In this document: positions 8,742 to 17,690 of the stretch, piece after piece
Layout: the number at the start of each line of letters is the position of its first letter
Position numbering within the stretch: position 1 is the stretch's first letter
Virus record (IMG/VR): IMGVR_UViG_3300028610_001991
Source of the DNA: a virus
Length of the DNA: 64,000 nt
Reading direction: 5' to 3' (one strand)
Notes under the pieces: generated by a model
The model's input: the letters and a program-made list of their open reading frames with translations, nothing else
Told to the model about the DNA's origin: nothing
Database searches by the model: none
Program-made: the position numbers and the translations under genes

Positions 8742-9584
8742 ATGAAATATTTCTATAGTTCTGCCTCCCAAGGATTCTTTGGTGAAGGATACGCTTGGCA
8801 CAAGCCAATCCTACTGACAGAGTCAATACGAAGGTTTATCAAGAGAGAACGGACTCTGACACAGGACGGATTCTCATTCTGTACAATACCCAAGTTCCCA
8901 GACTTTCCATTCGTATGTAAAACAATCACACTGAATCCCAAAAAAGGAACACCCTGGAGATTTACTCCTCCACCTATTACTATGATAACTCGTAGTTGTT
9001 GGAACAAGATCAGATTGCATAACAAAGGGTTTGATTGGTTTATTAAGGAGTATACGTGGAGATTTGCTTCTGGAGAGAAATGTGGAGATCTGTATAAACT
9101 TATTCCTTCATTGTATGGAACAACAGATGAACTTCAAAGAATGATAGATGGCTTGGAAGAGTATCTTGATTATATGATTAAAATGGTAGAAATAAATGTA
9201 TCTTGTCCCAACGTAAAAGAAATAGCTGAAATCAAACTTCCGGAGTCGCCATATCCATTATCATTAAAGCTACGATATGATGATGATCCACGTAGGTATG
9301 ATCTTTCTAATGTTAAAAGAATAACTTTGAACTCTATACCTGCTAGTCGCTACATTAAAGGTATGCCTGGCGGGATCTCGGGTAAACTGGCACAGAGTAG
9401 AAACTGGGACTTCATACGAAAGTATCAGATACAGATTGCTCCGGAGATAGCCGGATGTTCAATTACCAAGATGGAGGATATTGAAACACTAAGCAAACCC
9501 CCATATAACTGTAAATCCATAGGATTAGGTAGTGTCTTAATGATAAACCCATGGCTTGTACTAAAGTTGAAGGAGGAAAGATAG
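8742..9584 (+). CDS. dihydroorotate dehydrogenase-like FMN TIM-barrel
   Basis: KTITLNP..G, EINVSCPN (catalytic Cys loop), LKL, NSIP, GGISG, IAGC..I..GLGS. Confidence 0.75.
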   Translation: MKYFYSSASQGFFGEGYAWHKPILLTESIRRFIKRERTLTQDGFSFCTIPKFPDFPFVCKTITLNPKKGTPWRFTPPPITMITRSCWNKIRLHNKGFDWFIKEYTWRFASGEKCGDLYKLIPSLYGTTDELQRMIDGLEEYLDYMIKMVEINVSCPNVKEIAEIKLPESPYPLSLKLRYDDDPRRYDLSNVKRITLNSIPASRYIKGMPGGISGKLAQSRNWDFIRKYQIQIAPEIAGCSITKMEDIETLSKPPYNCKSIGLGSVLMINPWLVLKLKEER

Positions 9585-9843
9585 TGACATATTCGGATAG
9601 ATGTAAATGTACTGAAAAGGCTGTTAGATATCTAGCACATAATTATTGTGCTACGAAGCGTAATGCATGCAATGGGGGATAATAACGATAGTAAAATTAA
9701 TCTCGAGACATTTAAATAAATTACTGAAGATATTTATGAGATGTTAATTTATGGATGGACAGCTAAAGAGTTAGCCGGTAGTCAGAAATAAGGACATCTA
9801 TTATGAAAGAAATAACAATAATAAAACCTAAGGAGGTTACATT

Positions 9844-9963
9844 ATGCAAGAGTTTACAAAGAAGTGTCCTCGCTGTGGTGAAATAACAGTAAAGAGACAA
9901 AGTGATGCCATATACATATGTCATAACCCAAAGTGTGTATGGGCTGGATGGATATGGAAATAA
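9844..9963 (+). CDS. small zinc-ribbon protein (39 aa)
   Basis: AGGAGG RBS; CPRCG...CHNPKC. Confidence 0.55.
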   Translation: MQEFTKKCPRCGEITVKRQSDAIYICHNPKCVWAGWIWK

Positions 9964-10017
9964 GAGAAAAGTAGAAATGCAGTACTAATAAAGTATATTT
10001 GATAGGAGGAAAATAAA

Positions 10018-10455
10018 ATGACTAATATATATTATAGATTCATTAATTGGAAGAATAGTTTATTTAAAGAAAAAATAACATGCTTACGAAGAATGCATGA
10101 TCCCGATCATCGGGAGCATAAAAAAGAATTAGATTATTGGTATACACGAGGTATAAATAAAACTTGTAGTTTTTGTGGCTCCATGCACCCAGATGAGTTT
10201 TTTGACTTATGTAAAAAAGTAATTGAAAATAAAGGGCTTAATGGGTATGAAGTTTCAATGTCTGATAAGAAATATAAAATTTATGTCCGCCAACCGGGTG
10301 TTTCTAATGCAGGAGATGGAGTTATCAAATTTTACGTTCAGCACATAAGACCAAAAGATAAAACAAAAGAATTTGAGAATATAGTAAATGAAGCAATACG
10401 TATATCTTCAGATGTGTTTAATAAAAAAATGGAAGAAAGGAGGAAAACTAAATGA
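10018..10455 (+). CDS. hypothetical phage protein
   Basis: GGAGG RBS; CSFCGSMHPD...DKKYKIYV...KFY.QH pattern. Confidence 0.7.
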   Translation: MTNIYYRFINWKNSLFKEKITCLRRMHDPDHREHKKELDYWYTRGINKTCSFCGSMHPDEFFDLCKKVIENKGLNGYEVSMSDKKYKIYVRQPGVSNAGDGVIKFYVQHIRPKDKTKEFENIVNEAIRISSDVFNKKMEERRKTK

Positions 10456-11501
10456 TATGTGTACTAATCATACCGACAGGGGTAGGTCTTGCAATAGGTG
10501 GAAATGCCGGTGACGCTAATCCAGTTGCTAAACTAATTGGGGCTTGTTGTGATAAGTTGATTCTTCACCCTAATGTAGTAAATGCCAGCGATATAAACGA
10601 AATGCCAGAAAATGCAGTGTATGTAGAGGGATCCATGCTTGATCGGTTTCTTAGGCAAGAAATTGAATTGAAAGAAGTCCTACGGAATAAGGTATTAGTC
10701 GTTGCTAACCTGCCTCTCAGGAGCGATACTATAAATGCTGTAAGTGCAGCCAGAGCTACTATAGGTCTGGAAGCTAGTGTCTTGGAGTTAAATACACCAT
10801 TAGAAATGATTGCCGAGATGCATGAAGACGGACATGCTGGCGGCATAGTAAGAGGCTGGAAAGAATTAATTGAACAAGTTGCACCGTTTGATTTTGATGC
10901 CTTGGCGGTACACACTCCGATAACTGTACCAAGAGAGACTGGATTAAATTATTATAAAAAAGGAGGCGTAAACCCGTGGGGCGGAGTTGAGGCAATAGCA
11001 AGCAAACTTATAGCTAATGAACTAAACAAACCGGTTGCTCATGCTCCTGTAGAAAGTTTTAATATAGATGACCAACAAGAAGTATATGATCTAGTAGTGG
11101 ATCCTAGAATAGCTTCAGAGTCACTATCCAGTTGTTATTTACATTGTGTACTTAAAGGGCTGCATAAGGCACCACGTATCAGTGATCATTGTCCGGGATA
11201 TGGTAGACGTATAGCTGCTCAAGAAGTCGATTTTATGGTATCACCTTTTGGTCTGTGGGGTCCTCCTCACGAAGCTTGTGCAGCATTAGATATACCTATT
11301 ATATTTGTCAATGAAAATAAACCGGCTAAAGGACTCGCAAAAGAGATCCCGGAAGGCAAATATCCTAGAATATTTCAAGTTGAAAATTATATAGAGGCAG
11401 CCGGTCTAATTATGGCTCATGAAGCTGGAATTGATCCTTTATCTGTCAGAAGACCATTAGCAAATACAATAATAATAAAGGAGGTACAGAATGAAAAGTA
11501 A
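10452..11501 (+). CDS. DUF3326 family protein
   Basis: LIIPTG.G..IGG.AGDA, HPNVVNA, YVEG..LD.F, G.NPWGGVEA..S, PVAHAP. Confidence 0.75.
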   Translation: MICVLIIPTGVGLAIGGNAGDANPVAKLIGACCDKLILHPNVVNASDINEMPENAVYVEGSMLDRFLRQEIELKEVLRNKVLVVANLPLRSDTINAVSAARATIGLEASVLELNTPLEMIAEMHEDGHAGGIVRGWKELIEQVAPFDFDALAVHTPITVPRETGLNYYKKGGVNPWGGVEAIASKLIANELNKPVAHAPVESFNIDDQQEVYDLVVDPRIASESLSSCYLHCVLKGLHKAPRISDHCPGYGRRIAAQEVDFMVSPFGLWGPPHEACAALDIPIIFVNENKPAKGLAKEIPEGKYPRIFQVENYIEAAGLIMAHEAGIDPLSVRRPLANTIIIKEVQNEK

Positions 11502-12060
11502 AACAGTAAGTATAGTTAATCTATACTGTTTTTTAATCTTAGTGGTTGTTATTGCCGGTATTTGTTTTTTAATCTTAAACTGTAAAAAAGATAAGTCTGA
11601 AATAGAACTACTTTTAACAGATACTGAGACAAAAACAACTAAAAAGGCAACAAAAGAAAAACTAAAATGGCCTAAACATTATGACGGTGAAAATTGGTGG
11701 GAAGTTGAATACAAAGAACATATCAATGTACATCATCCCTTAGGTTATGTAATTATCACTAAAATCAAAAAAGAAAACATTTCTAAGGATGAAATAGAAA
11801 CATGGACTATAGACTATGGTATTCAAAACTATGTAGAAGAAATACATTACAGTTTAAAGGCCACACACAATAATGGCGGATATGAAGAAGAAGATAATGT
11901 ATTTTTACCGGATAATGAAAATTTTCGTAATGCCTTTAGGACTGCGGAAGCTATACTCATAGCGTGGAAGTATAGTGGTAATAATCCCCTTAATACAGAA
12001 GATATAAAAAAAGCCGCAGTTAGGATGAAAGGAAGAAAGACAGGATTAATGCGTAAGTAG
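11491..12060 (+). CDS. membrane-anchored hypothetical protein
   Basis: N-terminal hydrophobic helix; GGAGGT RBS. Confidence 0.7.
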   Translation: MKSKTVSIVNLYCFLILVVVIAGICFLILNCKKDKSEIELLLTDTETKTTKKATKEKLKWPKHYDGENWWEVEYKEHINVHHPLGYVIITKIKKENISKDEIETWTIDYGIQNYVEEIHYSLKATHNNGGYEEEDNVFLPDNENFRNAFRTAEAILIAWKYSGNNPLNTEDIKKAAVRMKGRKTGLMRK

Positions 12061-12105
12061 TTTGATTAAACTAAACCTTTCATATTATAAGAGAGATTTG
12101 GACAA

Positions 12106-12213
12106 ATGGGTTTAATTCTTATAGTTGGACTTGTATTAAATTTACTAATAATAGGCACATTAATTAAATTAGCTCTAAAGCTAAGTAATAATAAAAAAGA
12201 AAGGCGATTTTAA
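12106..12213 (+). CDS. small single-TM peptide (35 aa)
   Basis: MGLILIVGLVLNLLIIGTLIKLALKLSNNKKERRF; downstream of a promoter-like sequence at 12062-12091. Confidence 0.5.
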   Translation: MGLILIVGLVLNLLIIGTLIKLALKLSNNKKERRF

Positions 12214-12215
12214 AA

Positions 12216-12329
12216 ATGTATCTTTTGTTAATTATTACTATATTAGCTGTTTTTCTTTGTGTATCTATTTATAAAGACTATAGGAGAAGTAACCCTAAGA
12301 CTACTGTTAAATTTAAAAGGAAAAAATGA
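12216..12329 (+). CDS. small single-TM peptide (37 aa)
   Basis: MYLLLIITILAVFLCVSIYKDYRRSNPKTTVKFKRKK; ATGA overlap with the next gene. Confidence 0.55.
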   Translation: MYLLLIITILAVFLCVSIYKDYRRSNPKTTVKFKRKK

Positions 12330-12715
12330 ACTTACAACAAGCTTTAATTATATTTAAATTAAATCTAGAGCTATACTTTAAAGGTACAAAGTCTCCGAGC
12401 GAAGTAAATCTAAAATTAAAAAAGTTTAAAGAAGACGTTAAACAAACTTATAAACATCTGGCTCTTGCTGTGCATCCGGATATACATCCACAACTAGGGT
12501 CTGAAAGATTCAGAAAATTAACAGAAGCAAAAAAAGTGTTACTAGAATTACATATTACAGAAAGAGTAAATGAACCAACAATAACTGTCAGTAATATTTT
12601 TAATAATAGTTTTACACGTACAGAAGGCGCACATAGTGAAAGACATGCTAGTTGGTATACCGACTACTCTGATATTATTGATAGTTTTAAATGGTACGGC
12701 ACTACATATAAATAA
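12326..12715 (+). CDS. J-domain (DnaJ-like) protein
   Basis: VKQTYKHLALAVHPD...ERFRKLTEAKKVL (HPD motif). Confidence 0.7.
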   Translation: MNLQQALIIFKLNLELYFKGTKSPSEVNLKLKKFKEDVKQTYKHLALAVHPDIHPQLGSERFRKLTEAKKVLLELHITERVNEPTITVSNIFNNSFTRTEGAHSERHASWYTDYSDIIDSFKWYGTTYK

Positions 12716-12726
12716 ATTGCATAGTG

Positions 12727-12755
12727 TTGCGTTATAGTGCTTTATAGGGTATAAT
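12727..12755 (+). promoter_or_regulatory. sigma70-type promoter
   Basis: TTGCGT-17 nt-TATAAT with no downstream plus-strand ORF. Confidence 0.65.
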
Positions 12756-12761
12756 ATATAG

Positions 12762-12884
12762 TATAGGAACCTACAGTCGTAGGTTTCTTCGCTTGTTTCC
12801 AGTCAGAGAATCTTTCCTCCCTGACAATGGTAAACTCAAGTATCCCACATAAGGCCGATTGTCCCCATCGGCCTTTCCTTTTTT
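12762..12884 (+). ncRNA. putative three-hairpin small RNA
   Basis: Lies between its own promoter and an intrinsic terminator; 10-bp hairpin 12765-12788; long stem 12792-12840 with a CU-rich loop. Confidence 0.55.
12851..12884 (+). terminator. intrinsic terminator
   Basis: AAGGCCGAT-TGTCCCC-ATCGGCCTT followed by a T-run. Confidence 0.75.
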
Positions 12885-13176
12885 AATAAATATTGTTTCT
12901 GTAATGTAAGTCTGTAGCCTGAGTAACAAAACTATAAATGTTTTTTAAAAGGTTAGCATCGTAGTAAGCATCTGGCTCTGGATGAAAACAAAACTGTCTA
13001 GAATCAGGGTGTCCACACCATCTCACTACACCAATTAAATTCCTTTTAAGGGCTGTCAAGTAGCAACCCCATATAGGTGTTTCTCTATCTGCAGGACTTG
13101 AATGCTGCACAAACCTGATAATTTCATAATCAGTTTTCAAGCCTTCTGGTGGTAACTTTAATTCTTTCAACATCAT
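12883..13176 (-). CDS. hypothetical protein
   Basis: ORF track, AGAGAGGT RBS. Confidence 0.65.
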   Translation of the reverse strand: MMLKELKLPPEGLKTDYEIIRFVQHSSPADRETPIWGCYLTALKRNLIGVVRWCGHPDSRQFCFHPEPDAYYDANLLKNIYSFVTQATDLHYRNNIY

Positions 13177-13943
13177 TAGCGTACCTCTCTTTTTTTAATA
13201 TCTTCTTTTAATAGTAATTCAACCTCTTTATCCATATTTTTAACTGGCATAATTATATAAGGTGAATTTTTTGGAAAATGAATTAAGCACCCATCATGTA
13301 ATTGTATATTGAAGTTAGATTTCAGTATGTTTTTATAAAACCCTAACTGAAGAGAATATTTATTAAACTCACAGTTATCAAAACCAGACAGTACCCCTAA
13401 CATACTATCAAAACGGTTATCTCGTTTGATATTTTTATTTGTTTTCCAATCGACAATAAAATAAATGCCTGTTTCTTTATTTCTACATAAACAATCTATT
13501 GTTCCAGCAACGTTATACTCTTTATGAGCTACCATAAGTTCAGTCTCTAGGATATCAACCTTATTTTTAAATGGATCCAGGAATTTATGAAATTGACTTA
13601 TTCTATACCTAATATCTGTTACAGGTAGTGTAATCTTACTATATTTCAAAAATAGATTAATATAGTAGTGTAACTCTTTACCTATTACAATTGAATAATC
13701 TTTTTTTATAAGCCAGTTTTCTTTTATTTCGTCTGTGCTTATTCCTTCTTCATCAGCTTTTATCTTAGCCCAGTAATCAGTTTTAAATTCAGGGGTATAT
13801 TTATTTAGTATATCACTAACAGCCTCGTATTGGTTTTCTCGTACATAGTAAGTATGCGTATCTGGAAGAAAATTAATATGTGGGTTTTTAAAATTCAATG
13901 TTTCCTTTTCCTTAGTATCATTGTATAATACAGGCACTTCCAT
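13176..13943 (-). CDS. PD-(D/E)XK exonuclease (RecB/Cas4-like phage family)
   Basis: GKELH, E-motif ETELMV, AGTIDCL, IVDWKTN, YSLQL..Y. Confidence 0.85.
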   Translation of the reverse strand: MEVPVLYNDTKEKETLNFKNPHINFLPDTHTYYVRENQYEAVSDILNKYTPEFKTDYWAKIKADEEGISTDEIKENWLIKKDYSIVIGKELHYYINLFLKYSKITLPVTDIRYRISQFHKFLDPFKNKVDILETELMVAHKEYNVAGTIDCLCRNKETGIYFIVDWKTNKNIKRDNRFDSMLGVLSGFDNCEFNKYSLQLGFYKNILKSNFNIQLHDGCLIHFPKNSPYIIMPVKNMDKEVELLLKEDIKKREVR

Positions 13944-14070
13944 ACTAGCCTACCACCACACAGCTCCTAGAGTCTAGCCCTTGCACCATACATGTCTCCG
14001 ACTGCCGATAATGTCCGTATGCAAATGCCGTTTGACCTTTTGAAGCACAGGGAGGCCCGTATCGGCCTTT

Positions 14071-14322
14071 TTATTTTAACAACTTCCTTTTGTTTTGTTG
14101 TTTAACTTTTTTAATACTTTTGTATACTGCACCATGCATTTTTTCACTATCCCATGCGACTTTATCTCCTAACTTAATCACATGTCCCATACAGGCATAC
14201 ATAGCTTTAAATAATGTTTCAAGTTCTTCTTTATGGTACCTAGCTATGCCAGAATTAACCATAATCTCTAACTGAGCCTGAGCTAGGTGTATAGCTTTAG
14301 GGTTATATATTCCATTAAGCAT
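14071..14322 (-). CDS. hypothetical protein
   Basis: ORF track, overlaps upstream gene. Confidence 0.55.
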   Translation of the reverse strand: MLNGIYNPKAIHLAQAQLEIMVNSGIARYHKEELETLFKAMYACMGHVIKLGDKVAWDSEKMHGAVYKSIKKVKQQNKRKLLK

Positions 14323-14677
14323 GCGGAATGCCTTTGAATTTTCCCCAAATATTTTCCATCATTGCTTTAGCATGTACTATATATAACTTATCTTCAACTG
14401 AAAACATTAATGGGTTTTTAAGTAACTGACTATGTTCTTTACTATAATGATTTTTCCAAAATTCCAAAATCTCGTTAACTTTTGACACTTTGTACTTTAT
14501 GCTTTCCTTTACTATTATATGCCCTTTAAAAGTATCTAGTATACCCCTTAGAACTCCTCCCCTTCCTTCTGCTTCAGCATATTTTGTATTATCTACTAAA
14601 GCATACTTATCAATGTCTTTTTTAACTTTATTATGTTGGGAGTAAAGATACTCTAAAAAAGCAGCCCATGTTTTCAT
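14315..14677 (-). CDS. hypothetical protein
   Basis: ORF track. Confidence 0.6.
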   Translation of the reverse strand: MKTWAAFLEYLYSQHNKVKKDIDKYALVDNTKYAEAEGRGGVLRGILDTFKGHIIVKESIKYKVSKVNEILEFWKNHYSKEHSQLLKNPLMFSVEDKLYIVHAKAMMENIWGKFKGIPHA

Positions 14678-14713
14678 TTTAACGGTTTTCTTCCTTTTTC
14701 TTTTCGTCTGATA

Positions 14714-15049
14714 TCACGAACTGTGTCCCTTTTTTTTTCTCTCAGGAGATTTTCTATTAAGATTTAATTTTAACTTCTTACGTCTTTTTTTGTTTGCTAC
14801 ACTATGTGCCAGTTTTTGAACACTTATACTCCTCCCTTTTTTAGTAAACTTAGCTACCTTTCTTTTTTTTCTTCTAATGTTACCTTTCCGTTTTACTAGT
14901 TGTTCTGCTATACTTAGTGTTTCATTTTTAGAAATTGTGCCCTTTTTCTCAACTAGCTTTTCTGTAGCGGACTTTTGCTGATCTTCTTTTTTCTCAACTA
15001 ACTTTTCTACTGTAGACTTTTGTTTGTCTTCTTTTTTCTTAAAAAACAT
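14714..15049 (-). CDS. highly basic Lys/Arg-rich protein with a 15-aa tandem repeat
   Basis: EDKQKSTVEKLVEKK / EDQQKSATEKLVEKK; GAGGT RBS. Confidence 0.65.
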   Translation of the reverse strand: MFFKKKEDKQKSTVEKLVEKKEDQQKSATEKLVEKKGTISKNETLSIAEQLVKRKGNIRRKKRKVAKFTKKGRSISVQKLAHSVANKKRRKKLKLNLNRKSPERKKKGHSS

Positions 15050-15056
15050 GTTTACC

Positions 15057-16409
15057 TCATTTTATATTTATTATAGGGGATTTAGGTTTATCGTTAAATG
15101 TTTGAAGTTTAGGTTTATTGTTAATAGGTTTTTTAGGTATATGTTTACTTTTATTACGGATATATACTATAACCTTTATAATAGCAAAGGTGGGTGCGAA
15201 TGATGCAAGTAAAAGGATAGTTACTACCATTATTAAATATATGGTGATAGCTATTTTACGTTTTTTTTCTTCTTTCTCTTTTCGTAAATCCTGTGCAAGT
15301 CCTTTAAAAAGCGCTTTAGTCATTGGCCATAAATCATTATAATCCCTGAATTTACCTTTTGTAGCTAAACCATAAATTCGACGATATTTTTCATCGGTAT
15401 CTATAGCTTTCTTGGCTATATGTTTTAACTGTTTATCAAACTTAGTTTCAAACTCTAATTTCATTTTTTCAATCTTATCAACATCATCCCTTAGTTGTTT
15501 TACATATTTCCAGGATTGAATGAAATTCCATTCCTGCTTACTACATGCCCTTCGGTATTTTTCCAGATATGTTTTATCAATATTAACTTTAACACTAAAC
15601 GTATTCCATTGTGATATATGAGCATTCCAGATATAGTAATACATAAATGGATTTCTTATATCTTCTTTAATAGTACCTACATTAAATTTAAAATACCTTG
15701 GAAGTTTAACCCCCTTTTTATAATATGGATCTATACGTCTTATACCCCAGTGACTAGCAGTAATGTATATAGGTATATCATTTCTGTACTGACGTTTAAG
15801 GCCCCACTGCAGCACACCTTCAACACGGGTAGCGTTTATAGGGTCTTCTAAATCTTTCGGACCTCGGTATACGATACCTAGCCGTTTTTGATAAGAGCGT
15901 GGAAGCCAGTCAAAGTATATTTTTGCTTGACCCACAGCATCCTGGTGATGTTGGTACATACCAAAAGCAGATCCATTATCCCCTACACATTCCGGACCAA
16001 AGGATGTTTCTATACGCGCCTTTGCCATTAAGCTAAAGGTAGGTAAATCTAGTAAACGTGTAACTTCATATACTTCTTGTATGAAATCAGGTTTTTGGTA
16101 TTTAGTTAATCCTTGATCGTTCGGTTCATTTTTCCTATGATATTTTAAACCGTAACGGGCAATTATCTCTGAATAAAAAGTAGTGACTTTTATATACCGG
16201 TCATTTTCAGTAAGGATTTTTTCATCACGTTGGCGGTCTTTTATCCTGGTAAATGTATCTATTAGGACGCTTTGCTGTTTACGTCCGTCCTGCCAGATAA
16301 TTATAGACCAGATTAATATTGAAACAGCAATAAAGAACCACGGAGAGTGGTATGTTTTTCTTATAAACTTCTTTAAAAGAAATTTAAGATACGTTTTTAA
16401 TTCAGTCAT
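15057..16409 (-). CDS. membrane-anchored lytic transglycosylase (SLT-like) protein
   Basis: AKARIETSFGP...GSAFGMYQ (catalytic Glu and GxxQ motif); hydrophobic helices near both termini. Confidence 0.65.
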   Translation of the reverse strand: MTELKTYLKFLLKKFIRKTYHSPWFFIAVSILIWSIIIWQDGRKQQSVLIDTFTRIKDRQRDEKILTENDRYIKVTTFYSEIIARYGLKYHRKNEPNDQGLTKYQKPDFIQEVYEVTRLLDLPTFSLMAKARIETSFGPECVGDNGSAFGMYQHHQDAVGQAKIYFDWLPRSYQKRLGIVYRGPKDLEDPINATRVEGVLQWGLKRQYRNDIPIYITASHWGIRRIDPYYKKGVKLPRYFKFNVGTIKEDIRNPFMYYYIWNAHISQWNTFSVKVNIDKTYLEKYRRACSKQEWNFIQSWKYVKQLRDDVDKIEKMKLEFETKFDKQLKHIAKKAIDTDEKYRRIYGLATKGKFRDYNDLWPMTKALFKGLAQDLRKEKEEKKRKIAITIYLIMVVTILLLASFAPTFAIIKVIVYIRNKSKHIPKKPINNKPKLQTFNDKPKSPIINIK

Positions 16410-16425
16410 TTATACCTTGTTTTTC

Positions 16426-17352
16426 CTATTGTTTAAGAATATTATACTTCCCTTTATACTTTACTAAGAAAGGAGAAAACATACCATATATCTCATGTAT
16501 ATCTTTTTTCATATCTTTAAGAGACTCTTCGTTTGGATTGATATCTAAAAGAGGCTCAAGATACGATGTATACAGTTTTCTCGCTTCTCTATTAGCTTCC
16601 CTAGCAGCTAAACGCCCATCAAGCTCTTTTACTTTTTTCTCAATATCATTTGACTTTTTTATAACCTGATCTGACTCACCCCATTTATTTACCTGATCCA
16701 CTTCTTTCTGACTGAGTACTACTACAGAGTTTTTACCAGCAGCTTCTCTAACTTTATCACGTAAAGATTTATCAGCTACATTTCCATTCTGCTCTTTATA
16801 GAACCAATCTTGAATCTCTTTTTGTCTTTCTACAGATAATGTTTCAAATATATTAGCCATTGTAACAAAGTCTTTATTTTTATTTATTGCTCGCGCTATG
16901 TAATCCCGGGGAGATAATTCTGCTTCTGCCTTATTATCGTCCTTTTTACCTTTTCCTGTTTTCCAGGCACGCCTTTCTTGAAGATAAGGTATAATTTTCA
17001 TTTTTAAGAAGGAGTCTACTTCTCGTCTTTCAGTATTATCAGCTAACATCCACTCAAGTTCATCATCTTCAGGAATATCAATCACACTACACAGAGTTTC
17101 TTCAAATCCTAATTCTTTTAACACCTTATACCTACGATGCCCTGATATAATATGTTTTGTTTTCCAGTTAATAACAACTGGATTTTGAACCCCACGTACA
17201 CGAATGTCTTCCTTAAGTTCATCTAATTCACTTTCTTCGTGAGCTGTACGCGGCTTAGTTGGAAAAAACTCTTCATTTTTTGGATGTATTACTATCTGGT
17301 CTAAGCTTATCTTAACAAACTTCATTTCCGAACCTAGTCCTAATTCCCGCAT
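16426..17352 (-). CDS. parB: ParB/Srx-domain protein
   Basis: ISLDQI..HPKN, L.EDIR.RGVQNPV.I, IISGHRR; HTH-like segment follows; AAGGAGGT RBS. Confidence 0.8.
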   Translation of the reverse strand: MRELGLGSEMKFVKISLDQIVIHPKNEEFFPTKPRTAHEESELDELKEDIRVRGVQNPVVINWKTKHIISGHRRYKVLKELGFEETLCSVIDIPEDDELEWMLADNTERREVDSFLKMKIIPYLQERRAWKTGKGKKDDNKAEAELSPRDYIARAINKNKDFVTMANIFETLSVERQKEIQDWFYKEQNGNVADKSLRDKVREAAGKNSVVVLSQKEVDQVNKWGESDQVIKKSNDIEKKVKELDGRLAAREANREARKLYTSYLEPLLDINPNEESLKDMKKDIHEIYGMFSPFLVKYKGKYNILKQ

Positions 17353-17427
17353 AGATACCTCCTTTATTTATGTAACTAGTATGCGAATATGTATAGGTTT
17401 AGCATGCACTCTATACATAAGTGAAAA

Positions 17428-17673
17428 CTACTTTCTGTTATCATCATCATCATCTTCTCTATAAAAATCTCCTTCATCATCATCATCATCATCTTCCTCA
17501 TCTTCGTTGTAGAAATCTTCAAATTCATCCTCATCGTAAAAATTCTCTAACTCATCCTCTTCGTTTTCATCATATAAATAATCCTCTTCTTCTATGTTAT
17601 TTATATCTTCCAGAGAAAGCTCTGTATCCTCCAGTATATCTTCAAAACCGTCAAAAGGTTTTTCTTCGTTCAT
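17428..17673 (-). CDS. extremely acidic small protein
   Basis: 45 of 81 residues are D/E; has its own promoter and an AAGGA RBS. Confidence 0.7.
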   Translation of the reverse strand: MNEEKPFDGFEDILEDTELSLEDINNIEEEDYLYDENEEDELENFYDEDEFEDFYNEDEEDDDDDDEGDFYREDDDDDNRK

Positions 17674-17690
17674 ATTTTATCCTTAACAGT

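Noticed and set aside
14053-14077. Plus-strand terminator-like hairpin (AGGCC-CGTATC-GGCCT-TTTTATTTT) within the minus-strand block
   Set aside because: Only a 5-bp stem and no matching plus-strand promoter found; too weak to infer an antisense RNA
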